A stretch of 64,000 nucleotides of DNA, taken from Gemmatimonadota bacterium (GTDB lineage Bacteria > Latescibacterota > UBA2968 > UBA8231). A program made the translations under genes and the position numbers. The notes under the pieces were generated by a model. The model searched no databases. It was given only the letters and a program-made list of their open reading frames with translations, and had not been told where the DNA came from. Shown here in pieces: positions 47,563 through 57,034 of the stretch; positions within the stretch are counted from its first letter, which is position 1; each line of letters begins with the position of its first letter. Location of the stretch: assembly GCA_038153405.1 (NCBI GenBank), contig JAYOYH010000006.1, positions 47,894 to 111,893 of the forward strand, read 5' to 3'.

Positions 47563-47582
47563 ATATCAACAAATCTTGATAT
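47563..47582. promoter_or_regulatory. SahR-type operator palindrome
   Basis: ATATCAAC-AAAT-CTTGATAT immediately before a -35 TTGACA. Confidence 0.8.
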
Positions 47583-47610
47583 TGACATTTAACGGAGCTG
47601 AGGATATGTT
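47582..47610 (+). promoter_or_regulatory. Sigma70 promoter of sahR-ahcY
   Basis: TTGACA-17 bp-TATGTT. Confidence 0.7.
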
Positions 47611-47613
47611 CTT

Positions 47614-48546
47614 GTGACCATGACCGACCCCTTAAAAATCTATAAAGCCCTAGCCGACGAAACGCGCTTGCGCCTCGTCCGCCTGCTGGTGCGCGGCGCG
47701 CTCAATGTCAACGAGATTATCGGCATTCTCGGCATGGGGCAGAGTCGCGTATCGCGCCATCTGAAAATTTTAGCCGAAGCGGAATTAGTGACGAAGCGCC
47801 GCGAGGGCACGTGGATATACTACCAGGGAAACGGTCAGTCGTCAGAGGCCATCGTCGCCGACGCGCTCGACTTGTGCGAGCGCCACGAGCGCCAACTGCC
47901 CAATTACGCAGAGGATCTGCAGGGTCTGGAAAACATCGTCGAGGGACGTCGCCAGCAGACGCGCCAGTTCTTTGACAGCATTGTAGATCCCCAGCAGCTG
48001 CACCAGTCGCTCGACGGGGATTACTACCGCAGAGTGGCCATGGATCGCGTGCCCGATGGCATTGGTACAGTGCTCGACATGGGAACGGGAGCGGGCTTAC
48101 TGCTGCCGGGTTTGCTGCGCCGCGCAGAGCGGGTCATCGCCGTCGACTCGTCGACCACGATGCTCGATATGGCGCGCAAGGCGCTGGGCAAAGAGACGAT
48201 GCGCTGCGATTTTCGTCTCGGCGATTTGGGCCACCTGCCGGTGGCCGACGGCGAAGTCGATCTCGTCGTCGCCTGCATGGTATTGCACCACCTCTCGCAT
48301 CCGGCCGAGGCCATTGGCGAGGCGCGTCGCGCACTGCGAGCCGGCGGCCGTCTGGTCATAGTCGATTTGTACCGGCACGAAGACGAGAGTTTACGCGAGC
48401 ATTTGGCTGACCTCTGGCTCGGTTTTCTACCGGCCCAAGTGGAGCGCTGGCTGCGCGAATATCGCTTTGTCATTGAAGGCGCAGAAGTCGTCGGCGCCGC
48501 AGATACGCTGCAACTCATTGCATTTCAAGCTCAGAAAGAGGAATAG
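47614..48546 (+). CDS. sahR: ArsR-HTH plus methyltransferase-fold regulator (SahR-like)
   Basis: KALADETRLR, QSRVSRHLKIL, RREG; VLDMGTGAG, MVLHH; directly upstream of ahcY; alternative start 47620. Confidence 0.88.
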   Translation: MTMTDPLKIYKALADETRLRLVRLLVRGALNVNEIIGILGMGQSRVSRHLKILAEAELVTKRREGTWIYYQGNGQSSEAIVADALDLCERHERQLPNYAEDLQGLENIVEGRRQQTRQFFDSIVDPQQLHQSLDGDYYRRVAMDRVPDGIGTVLDMGTGAGLLLPGLLRRAERVIAVDSSTTMLDMARKALGKETMRCDFRLGDLGHLPVADGEVDLVVACMVLHHLSHPAEAIGEARRALRAGGRLVIVDLYRHEDESLREHLADLWLGFLPAQVERWLREYRFVIEGAEVVGAADTLQLIAFQAQKEE

Positions 48547-48549
48547 AAC

Positions 48550-49875
48550 ATGACGCAAGCAGCAGAGAAGACCACCGCGTTGCAGGACTATAAAGTTGCC
48601 GATATCTCGTTGGCCGAGTGGGGCCGACAGGAGATCATTCTCGCCGAACAGGAAATGCCGGGCCTGATGGCTCTGCGCGAGGAGTTTGGCGCGGAACAGC
48701 CCCTAAAGGGCGCGCGCATTGCCGGCTCGCTGCACATGACCATCCAGACGGCGGTGCTGATCGAGACGCTGGTCGAGCTGGGCGCCCAGGTGCGCTGGGC
48801 TTCGTGCAACATCTTTTCCACGCAGGACCATGCGGCGGCTGCCATTGCCGCAGCCGGCATCCCGGTCTTTGCCTGGAAGGGTGAGACGGAAGATGAGTAT
48901 TGGTGGTGCACCGAGCAGACGCTCAATTGGGGCGACGGCGAAGGACCCAATCTGATCCTTGATGATGGCGGCGATTTGACCAAGTGGGTGCACGACAACC
49001 ACCCGGAAATGCTGGAGGCCATTCGCGGCATATCCGAGGAGACGACCACTGGCGTTCATCACCTCTACCAGATGCTGAAAGAAAACGCGCTCAAGGTTCC
49101 GGCGATCAACGTGAACGACAGCGTAACCAAATCGAAGTTCGACAACCTCTACGGCTGCCGCGAGTCGCTGGCCGATGGCATAAAGCGCGCCACCGACATC
49201 ATGATTGCCGGCAAGGTGGTCATAGTGGCTGGCTACGGCGATGTTGGCAAGGGCTCTGCCGACGCCATGAAGGGGCTGGGCGCGCGCGTTATCGTCACCG
49301 AAATAGACCCAATTTGTGCGCTGCAGGCCGCAATGGAGGGATACGAAGTCAAGAAGATGGACGATGCGGTCGCCGAGGGCGATATCTTCGTCACGACGAC
49401 GGGCTGCAAGGACATCATTCGCATCGACCACATGGAGCGGATGAAGGACGGCGCGATCGTGTGCAATATCGGCCACTTTGACGTAGAAATTCAAGTGGCT
49501 CAGCTAAAGGGATTTGCCGGTATCAAGCACACGGAAATCAAGCCGCAGGTCGACAAGTTTACCTTTCCATCGGGCAGTAGCATTATCCTGTTGGCCGAGG
49601 GGCGCCTAGTCAACCTCGGCTGCGCCACCGGCCATCCTTCGTTTGTGATGTCCAATTCGTTTACCAACCAAGTGCTGGCGCAGATGGAACTGTTTAGTCG
49701 CGGCGACCAGTACGAAGTAGGCGTCTACATGCTGCCCAAGTATCTCGATGAAAAAGTAGCGCACCTGCACCTGAAAAAGCTCGGCGTCGAAATCGACAGT
49801 TTGAGCGACGATCAGGCTGCCTATCTCGGCATTCCGGTAGAAGGGCCCTATAAGCCGGATCACTACCGCTACTAA
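48550..49875 (+). CDS. ahcY: Adenosylhomocysteinase
   Basis: [57 protein letters not shown]. Confidence 0.99.
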   Translation: MTQAAEKTTALQDYKVADISLAEWGRQEIILAEQEMPGLMALREEFGAEQPLKGARIAGSLHMTIQTAVLIETLVELGAQVRWASCNIFSTQDHAAAAIAAAGIPVFAWKGETEDEYWWCTEQTLNWGDGEGPNLILDDGGDLTKWVHDNHPEMLEAIRGISEETTTGVHHLYQMLKENALKVPAINVNDSVTKSKFDNLYGCRESLADGIKRATDIMIAGKVVIVAGYGDVGKGSADAMKGLGARVIVTEIDPICALQAAMEGYEVKKMDDAVAEGDIFVTTTGCKDIIRIDHMERMKDGAIVCNIGHFDVEIQVAQLKGFAGIKHTEIKPQVDKFTFPSGSSIILLAEGRLVNLGCATGHPSFVMSNSFTNQVLAQMELFSRGDQYEVGVYMLPKYLDEKVAHLHLKKLGVEIDSLSDDQAAYLGIPVEGPYKPDHYRY

Positions 49876-49891
49876 GCGATTTTCGCATAGA

Positions 49892-49939
49892 ACGAGAGGG
49901 GCCTGTGGGTTTTGATCGACAGGCCCCTCTCGTGTTGTT
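49892..49939 (+). terminator. Terminator after ahcY
   Basis: ACGAGAGGGGCCTGT / ACAGGCCCCTCTCGT 15-bp stem followed by a weak T tract. Confidence 0.75.
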
Positions 49940-50068
49940 GCAAGAGCAAAATTAGCGTATACTCCCACGCGAGTACGCGTGTATCGGGCAAATTTACTAA
50001 CGGTAGCTCATTGGCTGCGCTCGGCTGCTGTTAGTTCCATCTAATTGGTTGATGCCCGGAGATGTCGA

Positions 50069-52822
50069 ATGTGGCAATACACTCCCTATAATTTGCTGCT
50101 GGGTGTTGCGACGCTCCTTTCGCTGGTCGTTTGCGCCTATGTTTGGCCACGGCGCGCCAGTCGCGGCGGACGTCCGCTGTGCGCGCTCATGTTGGGTGTA
50201 TCGCTATGGTCGCTGGGAGCGGCATTGGAAGTGGCGGCCGTGTCACTGGACGCCAAGCTCTTATTCACGAAAGTCCTCTACTTGGGCGTCGTATTGGTGC
50301 CGGCGTCTCTCCTCCTATTCGTCCTAGAGTTCAGCGGCCGTTCGGTGCGCTGGCGCGACTACAGTTGGCTACTTGTCGAGCCGATCGCTGCGCTGGCTAT
50401 GGTGTGGTACGATCCGCTGCATCCATTTTACTGGCAGAGCATCGACCGGATCGAGTCGGCTGGATTCGTCGTATTTGCAATGCGCAGCGGCACCGGATTC
50501 TGGATACATGTCCTGTATTCTTATGTGCTGATGGCCGCCTCGCTCTTTATTATGGCGCGCACCTACCGGTCCTCAGCAGGCTCGTACCGAAAACAGGCGG
50601 GCGTGAGCATTGTAGCGTTGAGCATTCCTTGGGTGTCCAACGCATTTTATTTGTCCCCATTTAATCCTCTGCCCTTTGTCGATTTGACGCCGCTTTCTTT
50701 CGTTTCTACGGGTGCGTTATTTAGCTGGTCGCTCCTGCGCTTTCGCGTATTTGATCTGACGCCGATCGCCCGCGATTTGCTCATCGACAACATGAGCTAC
50801 GGCATCTTGGTATTTGACGATGAGAAACGCGTAGTCGATGCAAATCCGGCGAGTGGGCACATACTGGGTAGGGACGATGCCCTAATAGGATGCAGTCTCG
50901 ACCAAGTGGCCTCTGAGGTCTCAGCGTGGTTAGATGGTCAAGACCTTCAGAGCGGCGATAAGAAGAGGGTTGAGTTAACCCTCGGCGCTTCTGGTCACCC
51001 GTGCGAAGTCACGCTGTTTTCCCTGCATGGCGACAGTGGAGAGCAGCGCGGCTCCATGGTGATGCTACAGGATATCAGCGAGCGCAAGAACAAAGAACGG
51101 TTAGACGGTTTGGTGCGTTCCATGCGCGAGCGCGTATGGAGTATGGAGCGTAGCCAGGACATTGACGAATCGCTGCAATTTGCCTGTTTCTCGCTTCAGT
51201 CGCTAGGGGTGCCGGTGGCCTATTGCACGCTCAATGTCTTCGCAAAAAACGCCGCACCCCTGATCGATGTGCTGCACGCCTTAAACGCAAATAGCAAGGG
51301 GTTGTTCGCGCAGATTCGCAGTGAAGAAGAGGATTCTGTGCGCGCCGATCTATGGAGGTCGGGAAAGAGCTATTACCGGCCTGACCTGCGCGCAGACGAT
51401 CCGCTCGGAGAACGCCAAATGCTGGCCGAACAGTGTGGGGAAGAAATTCGTTCGGTTATTGACATGCCGTTTTCGCACGGCATGTTGACTATGTGTAGCA
51501 CCCAAGAGGATGCGTTTCCCGATCGCGTTGCCGAGACAGTGCAGTTGATGGTCGGCCTGCTATCGGAGTCGTTCCATCGCTTGGACGACATCCGCGCTAG
51601 CGAACTGCACCTACAAGAGCTCAGTCGGGAAGTAGAAGAGCACCGTCGAACAGAAGAGCAACTGCGCGTTGCCAGAGATAGAGCGGAGTCGGCTTCAGAA
51701 GTAAAGAGTGCATTTTTGGCGAATATGAGCCACGAAATTCGCACGCCGATGAGCGCTGTATTAGGCATGACGGAGATCCTATTGGATACCGAGTTGAAAG
51801 AGAGCCAGCGCACGCAGCTAAGAGTGATATATAACTCGGCGGACAGCCTGCTAAAATTGCTCAACGACGTGTTGGATTTTTCGCGTGCCGAGCGCAAGGC
51901 TCTGGAGCTAGAATACGCGCCGTTTTCGCTCCGCGAGTGCGTGCGTTTTGCGGTAGAAACAGTGCAGAATCTCGCCGAAGTAAAGGCCCTGCAGCTGAAT
52001 TGGAGCGTGGATGCGGCCGTGGCCGATTGCTATGCAGGCGACGTTGGCCGCATGCGTCAAGTGCTGATCAACCTGTTGGGCAACGCGATAAAATTCACGC
52101 GCGCGGGTTCGGTGCGCGTAGAAGTCGATCTGGCCGCATCGAGTGCGGAGGGCGATTTGCTGCGCATCGCGGTCGCAGATACGGGTATTGGCATTGCCGA
52201 GGATGCACAGTCTCGCATTTTTGACGTCTTCACCCAGGCGGATCCATCGACGACGCGCGAGTTTGGCGGCACGGGACTAGGTTTGTCTATTTGCCGCCAG
52301 ATCGCGGGGTTGATGAACGGCGAGATATGGGTAGAGAGTGAGGTGGGGGTAGGCAGTACCTTCTTCTTTACTGCGGCACTTGATCGAGAGGATGCCGCGC
52401 ATCGTCGGCTGGACAAAGATAAAAGCGATTCGCATAGTGATCTGCCGAAGAAATCGTGCAGAGTGCTGCTGGTAGAAGACACGCTGATAAATCAGAAGAT
52501 CGTTCAGACCATACTGGATAAGCGCGGCCATGAGGTTGTCGTTGCCAACAGCGGATTGGCGGCGCTGGAGATACTGGATGAGGACCGCGCATTCGACATG
52601 GTATTGATGGATTTGCAGATGCCCGAAATGGGGGGTATTGAGACGACTCAACTCATTCGGCAGCGCGAGCGCGCGCAGCAGGTGGCGCCGCTAAAAATTG
52701 CCGCGCTTACGGGCAATGTGACGGACGAAGCTCGCCAGGCGAGCCAAGATGTGGGCATGAACTATTTTTTGACCAAGCCCTTTCGTCGAAATGAATTGCT
52801 AAAACTCGTCGAGGGGTCCTAA
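50069..52822 (+). CDS. Hybrid sensor kinase with N-terminal 7TM (HisKA_7TM-like), PAS, GAF-like, HK and REC domains
   Basis: Hydrophobic N-terminus ending in RFRVFDLTPIARD; FLANMSHEIRTP; NLLGNAIKFT; GGTGLGL; VLMDLQMP. Confidence 0.92.
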   Translation: MWQYTPYNLLLGVATLLSLVVCAYVWPRRASRGGRPLCALMLGVSLWSLGAALEVAAVSLDAKLLFTKVLYLGVVLVPASLLLFVLEFSGRSVRWRDYSWLLVEPIAALAMVWYDPLHPFYWQSIDRIESAGFVVFAMRSGTGFWIHVLYSYVLMAASLFIMARTYRSSAGSYRKQAGVSIVALSIPWVSNAFYLSPFNPLPFVDLTPLSFVSTGALFSWSLLRFRVFDLTPIARDLLIDNMSYGILVFDDEKRVVDANPASGHILGRDDALIGCSLDQVASEVSAWLDGQDLQSGDKKRVELTLGASGHPCEVTLFSLHGDSGEQRGSMVMLQDISERKNKERLDGLVRSMRERVWSMERSQDIDESLQFACFSLQSLGVPVAYCTLNVFAKNAAPLIDVLHALNANSKGLFAQIRSEEEDSVRADLWRSGKSYYRPDLRADDPLGERQMLAEQCGEEIRSVIDMPFSHGMLTMCSTQEDAFPDRVAETVQLMVGLLSESFHRLDDIRASELHLQELSREVEEHRRTEEQLRVARDRAESASEVKSAFLANMSHEIRTPMSAVLGMTEILLDTELKESQRTQLRVIYNSADSLLKLLNDVLDFSRAERKALELEYAPFSLRECVRFAVETVQNLAEVKALQLNWSVDAAVADCYAGDVGRMRQVLINLLGNAIKFTRAGSVRVEVDLAASSAEGDLLRIAVADTGIGIAEDAQSRIFDVFTQADPSTTREFGGTGLGLSICRQIAGLMNGEIWVESEVGVGSTFFFTAALDREDAAHRRLDKDKSDSHSDLPKKSCRVLLVEDTLINQKIVQTILDKRGHEVVVANSGLAALEILDEDRAFDMVLMDLQMPEMGGIETTQLIRQRERAQQVAPLKIAALTGNVTDEARQASQDVGMNYFLTKPFRRNELLKLVEGS

Positions 52823-52883
52823 GTGCCGCGGCGATGTGGCAATCGCCAATACCTGCTCGAATACCACCTCATCACCGACATAT

Positions 52884-55091
52884 ATGCGCACGGTTCACTT
52901 TCGTCTTCACATCGACTCGCCTCTTCCGGATGACCTCGGGTTAATACCTTTTGCCCCGCGCATCGATTTGGCCGACGTTGCGCGCAGCATCAATGCCAGT
53001 GGGTTCGTGGATATCGACTCCGTTGAAATCGTCAACCTGACGACTGGACAGCGCGTGGAATACGCACGCGGTGAGGAGTTTGCCCACGGCGCAGTCGGCC
53101 GCTTCGAGTGGCCTATCGCAGATTCTCAGCACAGAAGCTACCTCGTTTCCTTTCGCATGCGTCCCCAGCGCAGCCGACTGCATCCCCAGGTATACGTGCC
53201 GATGGTGGGAACGGGAGACGTGTTGCGCTATAACGCCGGATGCCCGCGTCCGCTGACCCTTGGCGGCTCGATGCAGTTGGCCGATTGGAGTGGAGAGGGG
53301 CGCGTCGATCTGCTCGGCTGCTGGAACTACTACCGCCGTCCGGGGGAGCCCGTTAGTGGCCTGGTGTGCTATCCGCGCTGTGCGGACGATCTGTGCTTTG
53401 GCGATATGGTGCGCCTGCGCTACCGCGATGCGGACGGGAGTGCGCTACAGCACTTTGCCGGCGTCTACCAATGCGCCGATTTTGCCGATATAGATGGCGA
53501 TGGTCGCATCGATATTATCTTTGCTGAACGAGGTTCGGGCCGCGTCGAGTTTTTCTTGCAGTCGCACGAGCGCGACGGCGGCGACTGGCCCATTTTTCGG
53601 CGTGGCCCCTCTATTGAAGTGCCCTTCGCCGATATTGTCGACGTGCAGTGGACCGATGTCGATGGCGATGGCGTGCCCGACCTAGTCGTCAACGGCCACT
53701 GGATGCGCAACGAAAACCCAGAGGGCTGGCCCTTTGTTGCTTCTCAACCCATCGATCTTGGTGCGGGCGAACGCGTGGCATTCTTTGCGTGCGAAGGCAA
53801 CGTCGAAATGCTATCGCTCGAGGTCGGTCCGTGGCGCTTTGCGCGCTCGCTGCGCTGGCATCGTGCGCTTGGCTCCGGTGCCTTTGCCGATGGAGAGGTG
53901 CTCGATTTACTTGCACCAGAGGAGTGCTGCACTCAGCTGCGCTTTGTCAAAGACGGACAACGCAACGGCTTATTAGTTCAGGGCAATGTCTATCAGGACC
54001 TGCGCTTTTACGCGTATGAGGGCGCGTTGGGGGGGCGGCCGCGCTTTGCCGCGGCCGAGCGTTTGCAGTCGCCGTCGGCGGTGCTTTCCTGGAGCGACCA
54101 AGCGTGGCCGTGCCTGTGCGATTGGAACGGCGATGGCGTGTATGATCTGCTCGTCGGCGGTGGCTACGGCTGGCCGCGCATTGCCCTAAACGTCGGCACC
54201 AATGCGCGGCCCGTTTGGCAAGAGCCGGGGCTGATCCATGCCGAAGGCGGGCCGATACGCATTCTGCGCGACGAGGTGTTGGGTGGAGAACATTGGCACA
54301 ATATGGGTTACCCCTATCCGGTTTGGATCGACTGGAACGGCGACGGACTGCCGGACTTAATGCTGCCCAACGAGACCAATCGCATCGCTTGGTATGCAAA
54401 CATCGGCACTCGACAGGCGCCGCGCTTTGCCGCGCGCCAGTTTATCGAAGTGGAGGGTTTTGCCGATTCGCCGCTACTGCGCGCGGCATCGGGACGAGAC
54501 GGGTGCGATCCGTCGTTGGCCAACCATCCCTATCCCCGCGATGGGCGCTCGCCCTTCTTTTGGCGCACGGGAGCGGCTTTTGCCGATTGGAATGGCGATG
54601 GTCTGATGGATTTTATCACGCACGATGCCGAGCGCAAAGCGGTCCTCTTTGTGCAGTACCGCGATGCGGGCGGCGCACTGCGCGTGCGCCGAGAGGGGCC
54701 GGTGCTGTTGCAAGATGGACGCGTGTTATGCGATGAGATAGTCGGCCGCCAAAAACGCTGGACCGAGTCCTTTCGCGCCGTAGACTGGGACGGCAACGGC
54801 CTGAGCGATTTGATCTACAGCTTGGCCGGCACGGGTGAAGTATATTTAGTGCGCAATGTGGGATCGCGCGAGAAACCGGTCTTTGCCCAGCCGCAGCAAA
54901 TGTGCTGCTACGGCGATCCGCTGGCCTTTACTATCCACGGCCCCAACGCGTGGCCTGGTGACGTCAATGGCGATGGCAAACCAGACCTCATCGGCTGCGT
55001 CGAGTGGAGCGTTTACCCGTTTTTTGCCCATGCCGCTCTGCAGATGAGCGACCACCCCGCGTGGCACATCGAACAAGTACAAGCGGTCTGA
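52884..55091 (+). CDS. FG-GAP/VCBS-repeat protein
   Basis: Repeated DWNGDG..DL and DIDGDG motifs; start 52836 or 52884. Confidence 0.85.
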   Translation: MRTVHFRLHIDSPLPDDLGLIPFAPRIDLADVARSINASGFVDIDSVEIVNLTTGQRVEYARGEEFAHGAVGRFEWPIADSQHRSYLVSFRMRPQRSRLHPQVYVPMVGTGDVLRYNAGCPRPLTLGGSMQLADWSGEGRVDLLGCWNYYRRPGEPVSGLVCYPRCADDLCFGDMVRLRYRDADGSALQHFAGVYQCADFADIDGDGRIDIIFAERGSGRVEFFLQSHERDGGDWPIFRRGPSIEVPFADIVDVQWTDVDGDGVPDLVVNGHWMRNENPEGWPFVASQPIDLGAGERVAFFACEGNVEMLSLEVGPWRFARSLRWHRALGSGAFADGEVLDLLAPEECCTQLRFVKDGQRNGLLVQGNVYQDLRFYAYEGALGGRPRFAAAERLQSPSAVLSWSDQAWPCLCDWNGDGVYDLLVGGGYGWPRIALNVGTNARPVWQEPGLIHAEGGPIRILRDEVLGGEHWHNMGYPYPVWIDWNGDGLPDLMLPNETNRIAWYANIGTRQAPRFAARQFIEVEGFADSPLLRAASGRDGCDPSLANHPYPRDGRSPFFWRTGAAFADWNGDGLMDFITHDAERKAVLFVQYRDAGGALRVRREGPVLLQDGRVLCDEIVGRQKRWTESFRAVDWDGNGLSDLIYSLAGTGEVYLVRNVGSREKPVFAQPQQMCCYGDPLAFTIHGPNAWPGDVNGDGKPDLIGCVEWSVYPFFAHAALQMSDHPAWHIEQVQAV

Positions 55092-55122
55092 GAGCCGGTC
55101 TCGTACCGGCTTTCACTGTGAC

Positions 55123-55449
55123 TCATAGGTCTTCCATGAGCACCGGAACACCGGTGTTGGGAATGACCTGCACGCAGCGGTCATCCCATAGCTCGATCAT
55201 GGCAAAATCTTTGACGCAGGTAATTTCCAGCGCGCCGACATCGTGCTTGCGCAGCCACGCCGCAACGGGGGGGATATAGGCTGGCACAGAGGCGCGCGCG
55301 GTGAATAGTTTGACCTGCTTGCCCTCGGCCAGCCAGGCGCGCACGCGATCCAACATGGCCGGGATGGGATCGCCGATGTAGTCGGGACCGCGCCAGCCAT
55401 CGTAATGTGCTAGGGTGCCGTCTAAATCTACGCCGATCCATCCGCTCAT
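55123..55449 (-). CDS. Minimal capless HAD-superfamily phosphatase-like protein
   Basis: GGAGGA SD; IGVDLDGTL (motif I), FTAR (II), K and WDD (III/IV). Confidence 0.8.
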   Translation of the reverse strand: MSGWIGVDLDGTLAHYDGWRGPDYIGDPIPAMLDRVRAWLAEGKQVKLFTARASVPAYIPPVAAWLRKHDVGALEITCVKDFAMIELWDDRCVQVIPNTGVPVLMEDL

Positions 55450-55768
55450 AGGGTGTCCTCCAAAATGACTGCCTTGGTGTGTGTCGAACTGTTTTTTCGT
55501 CCAAAAGATTGGCTATATCGCACGCTCCCCGTGCTCGCCGTCGCGCAACGTGGCCGGCTAAGACTGCGCCCAAAGATCGAACGGACGAGTTGGGCACGGA
55601 CAAAGCTAAGCGATAAGCCGCTGTTCGGCCATGCGCCGTTTAGGGCGGTCTCGCGCGTCCGACGCGCTGCGGAGTCGAACGCACGCGTTCGTTGTCTACG
55701 GGCGCTGCTTTGGCTATATTCAGTGCATACAAACCCCGCTCGTGTTAACGCTATACACCCCCTCGTTG

Positions 55769-57034
55769 ATGGTTGCCATTTCCGAACTACCAGATTCCCT
55801 TTTGCGTATTGCAAGGCTACTGTCGGTGGCGCTTTTGCTCGGTTGTGCAGAAGATGCACCACCCGCGCAGCCGAGTAAAAGCGCCGCGCCGATGGAACGA
55901 GTGCTCTCAGACGAAGAGCGCGGCGATCAGTTGGTGCGCGCCGGGCGCTACGGCGAAGCTGTACAGGCCTATCGCCGCGCGTCGCGCGAGTTGAGCGCAA
56001 CGGCTGAACTGTATCGGAAGCTAGCCCAAGCACACGCGCTGAATCAGGAACTGCCCGCTGCGGTGCGCGTCTACGAGCAGGCCATAGACCGGCAGGCCGA
56101 TTTTGCCAAAGCGCGCACGGAGCTAGCCGTGCTGCTCACCCGCCTCGACCGACCGGCCGATGCGTTGGAACAGCTCGAGCGCGCCGTGCGCGATCGCCCA
56201 GATTACGCGTGGGCTCATATGGTGCTGGGTCTGATGCGCTTTCGTCAGGGCGACTACGAGGCGGCCATCGCCGCGCAGCGCCGCGCGATTGCAGCCGTGC
56301 CCGACTACGCCGAGGCGTGGTTTAACCTCGGCGAGGTATATCTCAAGCAGAACGCCTACGCCGAGGCCGAGGAGGCGTTCCGTCGGGCGGTGGCATCCGA
56401 CTCGACAGCGGCGCGCTTTCACAACGGACTGGGCCGCAGCTATTACCAGCGCCGCGACTACGCGACAGCGGCGCTGGCGTTTGAACGCGCGGTGCAGCTC
56501 GACTCGCTCTTCGCGCGCGCGCGCTTTAACCTGGGCAACAGCCGGCTGCGCATGGGAGATAAGGACGAGGGCCGGCGCCAACTGGCCCTCTACAGGGCGC
56601 TAGAAGAACAGGAGAACCGCATTTCAATTTTGCTCAATACGCTAATGACCTATCCAGACAGCGCGACGGTGTACCACGACTTGGCAATTATGTATAGTCA
56701 GCGCGGGCAGTGGGCCGAGGCACATGCGCGATACCTACAGGCCATCGCACGCGATGCGTCCTTTGCGCCGTCGTATCACAACTTGGGTAATCTATACATG
56801 CGCAACGGTGCGTTGGACCAGGCCGAGCGCCTGTTCCAACAAGCGCTGCGCGCCGATTCTACTTATGTGCTCGCTCATCTGGCGCTGGGCAATGCGCAGA
56901 TGCTGCAAAAGCGCTTTGACCGCGCAATGGCTAGCTTTCGCAGCGGTCTGCGCTACGATCCGCAAAACGCTACGCTGCGGCGCAACTTAGCGGTTGCACA
57001 GGACATTGCCGCGCAGGCGCGGGGGGAGCGATGA
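55769..57034 (+). CDS. TPR-repeat putative lipoprotein
   Basis: VALLLGC lipobox; AWFNLGEVY and SYHNLGNLY TPRs; start uncertain (55769 or 55802). Confidence 0.82.
   Translation: MVAISELPDSLLRIARLLSVALLLGCAEDAPPAQPSKSAAPMERVLSDEERGDQLVRAGRYGEAVQAYRRASRELSATAELYRKLAQAHALNQELPAAVRVYEQAIDRQADFAKARTELAVLLTRLDRPADALEQLERAVRDRPDYAWAHMVLGLMRFRQGDYEAAIAAQRRAIAAVPDYAEAWFNLGEVYLKQNAYAEAEEAFRRAVASDSTAARFHNGLGRSYYQRRDYATAALAFERAVQLDSLFARARFNLGNSRLRMGDKDEGRRQLALYRALEEQENRISILLNTLMTYPDSATVYHDLAIMYSQRGQWAEAHARYLQAIARDASFAPSYHNLGNLYMRNGALDQAERLFQQALRADSTYVLAHLALGNAQMLQKRFDRAMASFRSGLRYDPQNATLRRNLAVAQDIAAQARGER

Noticed and set aside
55446..56033. 195-aa minus-strand and 141-aa plus-strand ORFs
   Set aside because: Arg/Ala-rich shadow-like composition, overlap with the TPR gene, no motifs
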